Below are positions 1 through 12,690 of a stretch of 64,000 nucleotides of DNA, piece after piece. The stretch's first letter is position 1, and each line of letters starts with the position of its first letter. Source of the stretch: Octopus sinensis (lineage: Eukaryota); NCBI RefSeq assembly GCF_006345805.1, contig NC_042998.1, forward strand, positions 75,888,001 through 75,952,000, written 5' to 3'. The notes beneath the pieces were generated by a model that had not been told where the DNA came from, made no database searches, and was given only the letters and a program-made list of their open reading frames with translations. The position numbers and the translations under genes are program-made.

Positions 1-215
1 CACAATAAAAGACAAATCTAAAATATTTTGAAAACGTCATTAGGGAAAAATAGTATACAGAAGCTGAAAGCAAGATGAATGGTAAGAGAGGAAACCGAGA
101 ATAATGTGGATCGATAATATCAAGAAGGGAGGTGACTTAAAACACAGGGAATGTATAAGGACAGTAAAAGAAAAATCGAGATTGCAATCCATAATGTTGT
201 ACCTGATGGATCCGT
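1..215 (+). mobile_element. RTE-clade LINE 3' remnant (ORF2 C-terminus)
   Basis: Frameshifted translation ESKMNGKRG/KPRIMWIDNIKKGGDLKHRECIRTVKEKSRLQSI matches the RTE C-terminal pattern GKRGRGRP..W.D.IK. Confidence 0.65.
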
Positions 216-534
216 ACGATACAGCAGCAGTATCAGAAGCAGAGCAGCAGCAACAGGAGTAAAAGATGACAGTTTGGAAAGGATTTTATTATACAGTGTG
301 GAATTGGAAGAAAAATTGGCAGCAAATGGAGTGATTATCTCAGTGGACCTACAGTTTCTAAAGCAGTTTTGTGAGTTCATAATCTCACTGAATTAAAGCG
401 TCAAAATAATACTAGGTTTGTCTTGTTTTAATTTTCCTAATTCAAAAAGTAGATATATTCAAGTTGTATATGAATTTGTTACTGTGTTATTAACAATTTT
501 ACAAATAAGTTTGTCTATCTTAATAATCTGAAGC

Positions 535-742
535 AAGGTGACGAGCTGGCAGTATCGTTAACACACTGGACAAAATCCTTACCAGAATATTATACATTTT
601 GAGTTCAAATTCCGCCTAGGTCGAATTTTCATTTCATCCTTCCTAGGTCGATAAAATAAGTGCCAACAGAGCACTTGGATCGATGTAATCAACTAGCCCC
701 TCACCCAAATTTCATGCCTTGTGCCTATAGTAGTAAGGATTA
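535..742 (+). mobile_element. tRNA-derived SINE, family M (MetaSINE-like central domain)
   Basis: A-box-like gagctggcagtatcgttaac, B-box gagttcaaattcc, central tttcatccttcctaggtcgataaaataag; homologous copies at 25360, 27826, 45308, 58905, 60325. Confidence 0.8.
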
Positions 743-3700
743 ATATTCTCAAGTGAATTTTACTGGCCTTTCCTAAACGCTATTTTTAATTTTTCTTTTT
801 TCTTAATTGTTACCAATGTACGCTAAAGAAAACAACGAGAAATCTGTGAACTCTTCCAGAAAATATTTTGCTGCAATTGTTGTTGAAACTTTCTGTTAGT
901 CATTTATTCCATTGTTAAGATTTCATCCAACAGACATCTGCACGTATAACTTCTTAACTGTATGAGTATAATAAAATTCAGTGTGTATCATTAAAAAAAT
1001 TGTTGGAGTAAACAAGTTATCTAGTAGGTTGCTGTTGATTTTCTAAGAACTCAAAATATTCACTTGTATTCCAGAAACCTTATATCTTACAACCATCGAA
1101 TCATAAATGCCGCTAACTTCACAATTTAATTTGTAAAATCTAAAGTAAATCGTTTAGAAATTTTGTTGCTGGGAGGACAAATAAACGATAACCAGTGCGT
1201 TAGTTCGATTTGTGTATCATAGCTTGACATAGCACCTCTTTTCTCTTCCTATCATCGATATTGCAGAGACAGTTCTCAGGGATTTGGGACTTGAAACATA
1301 GTCGATAAGTTTGATCAGCAAAAGCGGAGCTACTTCAAAATCTCGTTAGAGAAGCCAAATCTTTCATATACTATAGCATGTTAACCGAGAAAAGAAGGAA
1401 CAAACTTCAACATCTTCACTAGTGCAAACAATTAGCTGACTATTCAAATTCCTAAAGTGAGAAAATCATCAAATAAGAAACATACGAAATGCTTATCTTA
1501 GCCATGCAATAGAAGATATGGCTATGCATCAAATGTAATTCAACTCCAATTTCTTCATTAAATGAATTGCAATTGTTGGTTGTCAAACTTGTAATGAATT
1601 CTGTGGTGTAGAGTCACGAATCCATTCTGGTCTGCATATGCTTCAACAACCATCAAAGCCTTTAATCATTTATAATGTTTTGTTTTAAAAAAAAACGAAA
1701 GCAATATACTCGAGATACTAAACTTTACTCCAAGCAACTAAACACTACATTGTGTTATATATTTACATCAAACTACAGCTTGTCTGAGAAGATAACTATG
1801 AACTGTTCTCAAGATTTATCAACTACGTCAGTGTCGTTAAGATATTAATATCCCCGAGCTTAGACGAGAGGGATTATTGAAGACTAACAACAACTAAACA
1901 TCTAGATTATGCGCGTATACTATCATATGTTTAAAACTGTTGCATAATTTTGTGTGTAACACAACTCTTAACTTGTAAATCATACAGGGAAAAAGATTTG
2001 TTTTGTTTTATTTTTATAATTATTATCGATTTTTCATTCTATTTTAGAACTCAACTTAGACAGTTTTAAATTATTAATTAAAATTCTGTTGTAATAGCTG
2101 TGTTTCCATGACTTCGAGTTGATTCTTTTATTAGAGTTATTTTCGGTAGGTTGATGAAAATTTAACCAATTTTAATACATATGATAATTTCCATTAGTAA
2201 ATTGATTAATCCTAAAATTTATCGATCTTTTTTTCTGATGGTACTAAAAGCAAAAAATGTATTCATAGTATATTGTATATTAAGATAACAGGATCTTACA
2301 GAAAACACTATAGACCGTGTAAATATTTTTATTTTGCTCTAAAATGAGTCTTTTCAGTCATTTAGATAATGGCTGTGCTCATTACTTAAGGTGTAATTTT
2401 AATTAATTATATATCCTTAGCTTAATAGATCAGGTCTGCTAGCAACAACTTTACCAGTAGATGTTACTCTACATTCAAATATCATTTCTACACATCATAT
2501 TTTTAAGAGAATAACTACAATTTAGGCGTGAGCAAAGGAATTTTAACACTATTAATAATTTAGATCTAATTACCAAATTATTTTATCCTATTCGAAATTT
2601 CAACATTTTCTCTATCAAACTAGAATATTGAAACGTCTTTTATAGCAAAAGATCTGACTGATCTGTAAGTAGGTTTATTTTCATTCCAAAGAATGCATTA
2701 AAATGGACACATTATTAACAGGATTAACCTCTCAAGAATATAAACGTATATCTTCTCTCGACAAATATTCGATATTTCCTTTTCGTTTGTTGAGCAACTA
2801 TTATTAGATATTATGGACACAATTCTTTTCACTTCTAATTAGAAATTTCGACTAATTCCATAATTAAATATCGTCTACTGCTATACGATTCAAATTAAAT
2901 GTCCAGCAATATACTATCTGGATATGCTATTACAATGTTTAATCACCATAATTATTATCAAAAACCAAAATGTGGATTAAATCTCTCATATTATCCAGAT
3001 TCATCTATAAAATCAATCTATCATACATTAACTAAAGTGTGACGCTTGTTATCACAGCATGTTGTTATAAGAACCGCAATCTCAGCAGAATTTGTTTCCA
3101 TAAATACTGTATGTCATAAATTTGCTCTATATTTATCAGTCAGAAATCATTTTTAGGCAGCAGCCCAAACAGATATTTCGGTCCAAAAATAAATATTTTC
3201 ATGATATTAAGCTTAATATTTTGTTTGAATTATATTTCCATATGTGACAACATAGGTAGCTAGATTGCCACATTCATCAACACAAAAGGCTTGTCATATT
3301 TATAAAATATTTGCTGCGAAACGTATCATTTTTATTCGATACGCCACTATTTAAGAACAGAATTTCCCTAAGTTCAAATCAGCATCTTCTAACATTGATA
3401 ATCAGAGCCATTAATGCTTCAACCAACAAACATATTTACAAAACTGCATTAATAGACTTCCTGTTCTTGATTCATTGAAAACTTAGAGTATTAACGAATG
3501 AATGGCTTTGAAGAATGAGATAAAAATCCAGTGATAGCTAAATCTGTATAGAATCTAAATAATAATTATGTGTACAGTCGGTTAAAATTATAGACGTGTA
3601 TGTATTCTTAGATTCATACTGAGATTTATATATATATTAACGTACATAGTTTGCATGTATATTGCATATGGCATATATACCAAACACATTGTATGTGTAT

Positions 3701-3769
3701 GTGCGTACATCGATCCATATACATATATACACTGTTAATTATATATACAGATATCCGTATATATATAAT

Positions 3770-3839
3770 ATATATATATATGTTATATAATATATATATT
3801 ATATATTATATAATATATAATATATACATTATATATATT

Positions 3840-3927
<88 letters not shown>
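3770..3927. repeat. (TA)n microsatellite
   Basis: Direct inspection. Confidence 0.95.
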
Positions 3928-4053
3928 CATAACGAAGGCAGCTATACACAATATAAAGCCAAAAAGGAAAAATTCAATTGTCACTAATTGTGACTGACGG
4001 TGCAGGATAGCATCTACTTTGCTAGAAATACAAACTAAAATCCTCTCTGCCTT

Positions 4054-4121
<68 letters not shown>

Positions 4122-4328
4122 GTGAAATAGAAAGATGAATAATCTTGTTGTAGATTAATCAAAAGTTAACCGATACCTTAGTAGCAAAAATCACAGCAGT
4201 AAACAGCACGGTTGGAGGTACAACCATCTGGCGTTGCAACCGTGCGTTGGTGCGGATAATTGAAATTAAAACATTATTGGTGAATTGAAGAAATGGAGCT
4301 GAACGCAGATTGAACAGAAATCGTTTTA

Positions 4329-4417
4329 TTTCATTCTACACGTGTTTCGAAAGGCACAAATTACCAAAATCCGATTGAATAATGGGACCATATTGTGTCT
4401 TTCTCTTCAGGAAGAAA
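4329..4417 (-). ncRNA. Type I hammerhead ribozyme motif (mirror arm)
   Basis: Reverse complement of the motif at 5326-5414. Confidence 0.75.
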
Positions 4418-5095
4418 AAAGGAAATCCGTTAGAGAAACAAAAACAGAACAGAGGCGGAGCAAAAACCAAATCGAACTATGCTCCTAAGAGCCCATGGCG
4501 AAACTGTTTATCAGTGTATGCTGAGAACCGGTGGCTGAAGAATTCTACAGGTCAGGCATCGGTCAATCATGTGGGTGAGGGTGTATAGATGTTCTTAGTG
4601 ACCGAGAATAAGTTCTGACTATTTAAGGAATATTGGATGTTTTATAAGGGGCGAGAAAAAATCTACTTAGAGACGTGTGTGTGTGTATACTGTTCTATAT
4701 ATGTGTGTGTTGGCGTAGGGGTAGAAAACACTTTTTGTGTACGTGTGTGCGTTTGATCGTTCGGCTGTCAGTGGCTACTGCCGTGATAACCGTTGGGTGG
4801 CAGAAAGAAAAAAATATATATATATTATGTATTATGTGTGTGTGTGTTCATCTGAGCCTGCGGGGGGTTTCCTTGACAAGGCAGGCTCAGATGAACACAC
4901 ACACACATAATACATAATATATATATATTTTTTTCTTTCTGCCACCCAACGGTTATCACGGCAGTAGCCACTGACAGCCGAACGATCAAACGCACACACG
5001 TACACAAAAAGTGTTTTCTACCCCTACGCCAACACACACATATATAGAACAGTATACACACACACACGTCTCTAAGTAGATTTTTTCTCGCCCCT

Positions 5096-5130
5096 TATAA
5101 AACATCCAATATTCCTTAAATAGTCAGAAC
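5096..5130 (+). promoter_or_regulatory. Putative Pol II core promoter of the element (TATAAAA plus Inr-like agTCAGaa 28 nt downstream)
   Basis: Same TATAAAA..agtcagaa arrangement recurs at 24706-24741 in a different Penelope pseudo-LTR. Confidence 0.5.
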
Positions 5131-5325
5131 TTTATTCTCGGTCACTAAGAATATCTATACACCCTCACCCACATGATTTACCGATGCCTGACCTGTAGAA
5201 TTCTTCAGCCACCGGTTCTCAGCATACACTGATAAACAGTTTCGCCATGGGCTCTTAGGAGCATAGTTCGATTTGGTTTTTGCTCCGCCTCTGTTCTGTT
5301 TTTGTTTCTCTAACGGATTTCCTTT

Positions 5326-5414
5326 TTTCTTCCTGAAGAGAAAGACACAATATGGTCCCATTATTCAATCGGATTTTGGTAATTTGTGCCTTTCGAAACA
5401 CGTGTAGAATGAAA
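5326..5414 (+). ncRNA. Type I hammerhead ribozyme motif
   Basis: ttc-CTGAAGA-gaaagacacaa..ttgtgcctttc-GAA-ACACGTGT-A-gaa: intact core, long stem II, palindromic stem III, GUA cleavage triplet. Confidence 0.75.
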
Positions 5415-5482
5415 TAAAACGATTTCTGTTCAATCTGCGTTCAGCTCCATTTCTTCAATTCACCAATAATGTTTTATATATA

Positions 5483-5528
<46 letters not shown>

Positions 5529-5859
5529 TTATGCATGTACACATTTAGTATTCAAGAAATATATTTTGTAGAATTACATTTATGTAAAGATGCTTCAGTA
5601 GAATTATTTTCGTAACAAAGGCATATATATCGGAGTATATCTATAAGTATATGTTTAATATATGCACGGGGGTGATAAATTTGATACTCCACTTAATTGC
5701 ATTAGTGATCCGTCTGTTAATGTTTCATTATTTTAAGTATGAAATAATCCAGACTAACATGTGTTACTATGTGTGTGTGTGCGTGTGTATACGCGCCTAT
5801 GTGAATATATATGTGTGTGTATGTATGTATGTATGTATGTACGTATGTATGTATGTATG

Positions 5860-5938
<79 letters not shown>

Positions 5939-5940
<2 letters not shown>

Positions 5941-6547
5941 TATCAAGTTAAATGGCTTTAATACCTCTAAGGGATAATTAAATCCAGAGTCGCTCCTGGC
6001 TATTAGCTGGGTAGGTACAGTCTTTTGTAAGGTTGTACGGTAGCAAGTGGCTCGGTTGGTAAACCGGAGTTTGGGTTATATAGGAGAATAAAAAGATTAT
6101 GTATAAGGGAAGTAAGTAGTTCTGGATTTGGTGCAACTAGGGAAGATATAGATCTGTAATGTGAATGGTGTATGGGATGGAAGGGGGTTAGTTGTATTAA
6201 TTTAAAGGTTAGTATTGTTCAAACAGAAATATCACTCCGTCGAAGAACCACTCTCCACAAAGAACAAATCCGCCACCCACAATACAGATAGATACAGGTT
6301 AGGAACACATAGAAAGGTGTGCTAGGAATCTTAATCCTAATTTCCTAATTTTCCCCTTCTATCAATGTTCACAGAACACCTCAGTACAACAAAGTATGAA
6401 TAAAGAGGCAACTTTCATCAATAAATATCTTCCACAACTCAATATGAACACATAACATAATACAGAACACTACTAACCTTTCAATTAATACCACTAACCC
6501 CCATACATCCCATACACCATTCACATTACAGATCTATATCTACCCAG
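5939..6547 (+). mobile_element. Penelope-like element remnant: GIY-YIG C-terminus with inverted pseudo-LTR
   Basis: 6220-6455 reads QTEISLRRRTTLHKEQIRHPQYR..EHIERCA..IFPFYQC..KEATFINKYLPQLN; 6137-6220 is an inverted copy of 6465-6547. Confidence 0.75.
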
Positions 6548-6580
6548 TAAATATTGGAGCATTGTTGTACCACTATCCTA

Positions 6581-6620
<40 letters not shown>

Positions 6621-6825
6621 ACTTTTTCAGTCATTTGACTGCGGCCATACTAGGGCACCGCGTTGAAGAGTTTTGAGGCCTGACAACAACGGCACCACAT
6701 AAGATGCAAGACCAAACACACTCTCTAGAAAGCCTCCTTCTCCCTTTCTCTCTCTCTCCCTCTCTCTATCTATCTATCTCTCATTCTCTCTCTCTCTCCC
6801 TCTCTCTCTCTCCCTCTCTCACTCC

Positions 6826-6865
<40 letters not shown>

Positions 6866-7409
6866 TACATAACTAACCTTTTAAATTCTATTACTCCAGC
6901 ATTGAAACTATAATACTTATATAGTGCTAGCAGTTTATCTATTCATATTTTATATGAGAAACCGTATGAAGCATTTCAGAACAATTTATTTTAAATAGTG
7001 TTTACATCATTTTTACACACTTAGCCATGAGCCATCAACCTATATCTTTTAAGGTATGAAAATCATAGAAATGTATATGCTAACCACGGACGATAACTCG
7101 GTTGCAAGAAATTTGATTTATTTCACTTCAATACCGCCGTAAGTTTTAAGATATATACTTCTTCAATCATGGAATTATCATGCACATGACAGGAAATATC
7201 ATTCCAGATGGCTTATTGTAAATAGTGAAGAGATGGGTTTGCCAGAATATTCAATGTGTTAGTAAATATTAATTATTGTTATTAATATAATTTTGCAATT
7301 CTGCTTGGTGTAGCTTTAAAGGATGAAACATTTATTCATCTTATACTTCAATGCATTAAATTACTCTATTCAGTTTTGAGTTCTTACCTCATTAATGACA
7401 TAACTTATG

Positions 7410-7693
7410 TGTGTATATGTGTGTGTGCGTGAGTGTGTGTGTGTGTGCGTGAGTGTGTGTGTGTGTGTGCGTGAGTGTGTGTGTGTGTGCTGTATGTAAG
7501 ATAAATCGATGCATAGATAGATGTATATATATACATATATATGTGTGTGTATATACATATACGTACATATATATATGTTTCATATATATGTATACACAAA
7601 CACAATGTACATTAGTGTTTGTGTGTTTGTGTGTGTGTGTATATACAGACACAAAGAGAGACACACAAACACAAAGACAGAGAGACAGGGCAT

Positions 7694-7762
<69 letters not shown>

Positions 7763-7919
7763 ATATATATATACATACATATATATATATACATACATAT
7801 ATATATACATACATATATATATACATATATATATATACATAATATATATACATAATATATATACATACATATATATATATACTATATATATATATATATA
7901 CATACATACATATATATAC

Positions 7920-7952
<33 letters not shown>

Positions 7953-8161
7953 CATACATACATACATACATATATATATACATACATATATATATACATA
8001 TACATACATACATATATATATATACATACACATACATGCATATATATGCGTACACACATACATACATACATACATGCATACATACATACATACATACATA
8101 CATACATACATACATACATACATACATACATACATACATACACATACATACATACATACAT
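7410..8161. repeat. Compound (GT)n/(TA)n/(TACA)n microsatellite
   Basis: Direct inspection. Confidence 0.95.
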
Positions 8162-8167
8162 AATATA

Positions 8168-9428
8168 CGGGGTTTCCTAGAAATATTTACCCATTAATAT
8201 TTCTTAATTATTCAAAATAAACTTAAGGTAGGATAATGAAATTTGGCACACATGTTCTAATGTAAACTGTTAATCCATTGCTATAACTACATTTCAAATT
8301 GGTTACCTTTCTCCTTGATCATAGCCTGCAAACGAGTGGTCACTGAGATACATGAGCACCGTACCACCTCTTCATTCAATTTGACCTATGGAGACAGAAG
8401 GGCTTTTTTCAAATCTGACACATTTGAAAAGGAGTGAGCAGAAACATTACTCTCTAAGATGGACCAGATAGCAAAGTCCATTGGATTGATGTCTGGATCT
8501 GAGGGAGGCCATCTCACCTTGTCCCAAAAACCACTGAAATGTTCTTTGCACCACCTCTGTGTCAAATTGGATGTGTGGGCCGGAGTCCCGTTTTAAGTGA
8601 AGATGTAACAGTCACCAACGTTTTGTGTGAGCCGAGTTAACACTTTCTCATCCAACATTTCTACATAAATTTCCCTCTTGATCTTGACGCCAGCATCGAT
8701 GAAGACCAAGGGAGACTTGGACCCATCAGATGCCACTGGCTTCTGACGGCATAAATGACTCCTATTACTTTCAGGCAAGTCTTCTGCATCACGTGCATAA
8801 AACCTGTCACTCTTCCTATTGTTAACTGCTTCCACAGTGAAGATCTTTTCGTCGGATAAGATCAACACTTTGTTAGCGGTGCGCTTCATCTCAGCTAACA
8901 TAATTTTACCCCTTTCGAGCTATTTCTTCTTGGAAGCTGCTGAAATTAACTAGCGGGATTGTTTCTTGTATGCACTTAGCTTTAAATTCTCTTTAAAAAT
9001 CCTGTCTATTGACGATTTCGAAATACCAAGATCTTTTGCAGTTTTTATTGCACTTCTGTGGGGATTTCGGTTCATTCGCTTCTTCACAGCTTCAACAGTT
9101 TGTTTGGTATGAATCGATCGTTTCCTACCAGAAATTGGCTGGCTAGAAGTAGTAGCGGACTTCATATATCGTTTCCAGGCACTGAACACTGTTTTACAGC
9201 ACACATTCAACTGTTTTGTTATGTCCTTGTTGCTCACTCCAGCTGTCGTCTAAGTGATAATCTGGTCACGTTTTGCTTTCGCCGCCATGTTTGTTCACAA
9301 ACTTGTTATAGACGAACGAAACAATAGAGAGATGAACAAAAGACGTATGCAAATCTTTATGTAAAATATTATCTGAACCGATAGGTTTTAGGAAGAGTTT
9401 TAAACATGGGTAAATCTTTCTGGGACCT

Positions 9429-9431
<3 letters not shown>
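8168..9431 (-). mobile_element. Tc1/mariner DD37D (maT) transposon, near full length, inactive
   Basis: Imperfect ~26-bp TIRs (cggggtttcctagaaatatttacccat / atgggtaaatctttctgggacctcct) flanked by TA; internal transposase. Confidence 0.88.
8287..9288 (-). pseudogene. DD37D transposase pseudogene
   Basis: HTH region (DITKQLNVCCKTV, SAIKTAKDLGISKSSI), ILSDEKIFTVE, FT*NGTPAHTS and WPPSDPDINPMD with 37 residues between the 2nd and 3rd catalytic positions; stops and frameshifts. Confidence 0.88.
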
Positions 9432-9459
<28 letters not shown>

Positions 9460-9461
<2 letters not shown>

Positions 9462-9690
9462 TTTATCTTTTACTTGTTTCAGTCATTAAACTGGGATACC
9501 ACCTTGACGAATTTTAGTCGAATGAACCGATTCCCAGTGCATTTTTTCAAGCCTTATGCTTATTCACTTATCTCTTTTGCAGAAAAGCTAAGTTATGGGG
9601 ACTAGACACACCAATACCTGTTGCGAAGTGGTGGTGAGGGACAAGCACACACTCATTCACTCATACACACACATATACACACACAGACAC
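9460..9690 (-). mobile_element. SINE family A, 3' half
   Basis: tacttgtttcagtcatt.. is the reverse complement of the tail of full copies at 14768 and 40550. Confidence 0.7.
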
Positions 9691-9774
9691 AACTGCATCA
9701 GAAGTTATTTGTCACTTGCTCATTCTCAGTATTTACAATGGAGGTATAGGTGCCCTCACCTTGTTTGTTGTTAT

Positions 9775-9816
9775 CACAACGTTTCGGCTGATGTACTCTT
9801 CAGCCTTCATCAGGTG
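9775..9816 (-). ncRNA. Minimal type I hammerhead
   Basis: cac-CTGATGA-a-ggctg aagagtacat cagcc-GAA-ACGT-T-gtg. Confidence 0.75.
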
Positions 9817-10043
9817 TTCTGGTGGAATTTCGAACCCGACCCTTTATTTGACTAATTCTCATTCTCCTTCCTAAGGTATGTTGCTGATGTTATTTTTCAA
9901 GTCCCTGCCTCGGATTGGACTTAGAATCCGAGGATTAGTAGCCCGCGCTCTTATGTACTACGCTATATAGCAACATACTTCAGGAATGAGAACTGTGTAC
10001 CCCATTAGTCAAATAAAGGGTTGGGTTCGAAATTCCACCAGAA

Positions 10044-10085
10044 CACTTGATGAAGGCTGGAAAGTATATCAGCCGAAACGTTGTG
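10044..10085 (+). ncRNA. Minimal type I hammerhead, C3 mutated to U
   Basis: cac-TTGATGA-a-ggctg gaaagtatat cagcc-GAA-ACGT-T-gtg. Confidence 0.6.
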
Positions 10086-11449
10086 ATAACAACAAATAAA
10101 GTGAGGACGTCTATCCGTCCATTGTAAATAATGTACATAATTCCTCATCTCAAAAATATATAATAGTATTGCTCATTCTCTCCTATCCGTATACATATAT
10201 GCAGTTTTCACATCTTATAAAACTCGCACCACTCAGTACTCGAGACAACTACAGCGAAAATTGCAGCCAACCAGTTTCTCTGTCCGTTAGCAATCATTGA
10301 CCTAATCCTCCCAGCAAGCCTGCCAATCAGTTAGAAGTTTGAGTTGAACCAATAACTGCTACATTCCCGCAGTTTCTTTCATTATTCAACTATTTTAACT
10401 TCCAGAACACTAATTCTACCCAACATATCTACTACTAATACAACTGTCATTGATACTTGAATATGAATGATTATATATGTATATATAAAGGTGTCTATAT
10501 GTTCTATATTTTTGTTTCTATTTACCATTGTGTGTAGCTATAGTATATGTGCATAAGCGTTTAAGTATCCATTTTATTCCAGCTGACAATTTATCAAGGT
10601 AAGCATGGAAACCTCAGTAGTGTTTGGCAATGGATAATTGTGATTTTTACTATGATTAAAAACACTATGAATATTTTTTTCATAAATATAAAAATGTATA
10701 CACAAATCTGAGATTATCAAATGACAATCTCCAAGAATAGCTGAATAGACAGTACCTTTTACACAAACATTGTAAAAAGATTCAATCATTACACGGACCT
10801 GTTGTTTTCCACTTGCATAGTTAATCTTCTTTAGTCTCTAGCCAACAGAATTAATCCACCAATAACATTTCATAAGGAAGAATATAAACTGTAAACGAAA
10901 ATAACAGGCCGAAAATAGCGGTTGTTGTGAGCTAGATGGCAAAATTTTAATTTCTGGAATTTTTTGCATACAAAAGATCTGTTACAGAAATTTTGCATTA
11001 CCATCGCCCAAAAATATGTCCAAATAAATCATTATATTCTCAGATATTACTACATTCATACTTTCATGGAAGAAATAGAACATCTCTGAAATAAGTATCT
11101 TGTCCGTTAAATATTGCAGAGAATAAATTCAAATGTTATATGAACAAAATTCTGCTTAAATTTATGGATGTATTTCATAAATATTTAACGGAAAAGAATG
11201 AAAGCAATATTTTTAGTTGCCTCGGATGTATTAGGAATATCAGAAAAGTGTACAACGCATTTATCTATACCATAATGATATATCGTAGTCGGTTCGAGGA
11301 TTGAGCATCAATAGCTGATTTATTTGTAAATTACTTTGATAAAAATGCTTAAGGGTAATTTAATGAAATCATACATGAACTTTGCGGAATGTCGAAACGA
11401 TGTTAATCAACATTTTGAAAATTCTCTTGTACGTTTGTTTTCACTTCCA

Positions 11450-12659
11450 TACGCAATAAATCACGTACTGGTCTCTTCTCACGAGACTATTCTCTTCTTT
11501 ACCACGTATACATGATTGTTAGATTCTGAAACTATTGTGATCAATAAAGTCTTATTTGATATCAGACCCATGTTGCATTCCAGTCATCATTCTCAATAAG
11601 TCTTGGAATTGTCATTTAAGCGCACCCAAAAAGTTCCACCAGTCTCTCTTTACAAGTATCTAGATCAAAGATGTGACGTCCTATAGAGAGTTCTAATTCC
11701 TAAAATGCATGAACGTGTGTCCAGTGCCAAACCTTTAAGAACCTACCGACTACTGGTCTCTTTCCATGCCTAAAAATTCTAACTTTCCATATCTAAAAGT
11801 TCATGCTAATAGTCACAAACAATTGCTCACTTCATAAAATTGAATTTCTTTCCCTTCTCAATGATTTTAGTATTATTTCTTGTGAAGTAGATTCACTAGA
11901 ACCGTTCTTACCTCCGTTACACATCAATAATATATGTTCTTGAAATTTTTGGCTATAGCAAATATTGATTTCTTTTCGGGAACAAACCATTCAAATTCTA
12001 GCAATGCAAACCTTATATTCTGTTATGACACACCCTCCAATTGCATCCAGCATTGAATCATTCGTACCGTCTTACTCTCTTGACAGGATTTTCTTACATA
12101 GGACTATCCTTGATAGAAATATTCCTGACCACTTTTTATTAACTCAGATGTAAATCAAGAATCCATTATGTTTCCAACAGTTTTTATCACTAACAGCCTG
12201 TTAGGTATCACCTCAAACCATACAAATGACAACTGTTAGCTTCTTCCTAACTGACTTTATCCCTACTTCATCCACGCGTATCCTTAAAACTAATTCATAC
12301 AGGGTTAATATCCATAAACCGAAGCATCATTCCACTGTTGTGTGACATGAAAAATACTTTTTTATGGCTTGACATATAAAAACAATACCTTCTTTATGAC
12401 AAAAGATATATGAAAAAAATAACTGACGAAATTTTGGCAAAGAAAGATGGGCAGAGGCTCTGGCATAATTCAGAGTAGTAGGAAGGAAGGAAATTATCCA
12501 TAGAACTGAGATCTGGCCCGAATGTTTACTGCAGAGTGAACTCGGCTAATGGTACTAAAAGTACCTGGTAATGGTATTAACTCGTGAGATTGATCAAGTC
12601 TATTTCCCAAGAATAATAATATGGCAAGAATATTCTCTTTTTCGTTCTCCCTCTACCCG

Positions 12660-12690
<31 letters not shown>

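Larger units (their letters stand above)
4118..5475. mobile_element. Palindromic non-coding Penelope-type element, copy 1 (arms 4268-4861/4881-5475, 19-nt loop, ~150-bp unpaired tail at 4118-4267)
   Basis: Near-perfect ~595-bp inverted repeat giving identical 68-aa ORFs on both strands; (TA)n on both sides; second copy at 43044-44397; hammerhead in each arm. Confidence 0.85.
9730..10165 (-). mobile_element. tRNA-headed SINE carrying a hammerhead, inserted with an inverted duplicate of its body
   Basis: tRNA-like head 9903-9966 on minus (tagcgtagtacataagagcgcgggctactaatcctcggattctaagtccaatcc); body 9730-9887 inverted at 9969-10132. Confidence 0.7.

Noticed and set aside
4382-4588. 68-aa ORF present four times (4382, 5155, 43156, 43926)
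   Set aside because: Recurrence is explained by the palindromic repeat; it is antisense to the hammerhead/promoter strand and has no recognisable motif
4268-5475. Palindrome as a pure read fold-back artefact
   Set aside because: Arms differ at a few positions and an independent locus shows the same endpoints; not fully excluded without reads
7392-8161. Long ORFs of 190-250 aa (also 20075-20687 and 55005-55751)
   Set aside because: Translations of (TA)n/(TACA)n/(GGAT)n microsatellites, which lack stop codons
9903-9966. Functional tRNA gene
   Set aside because: No complete cloverleaf and decayed A/B boxes; better explained as a SINE head
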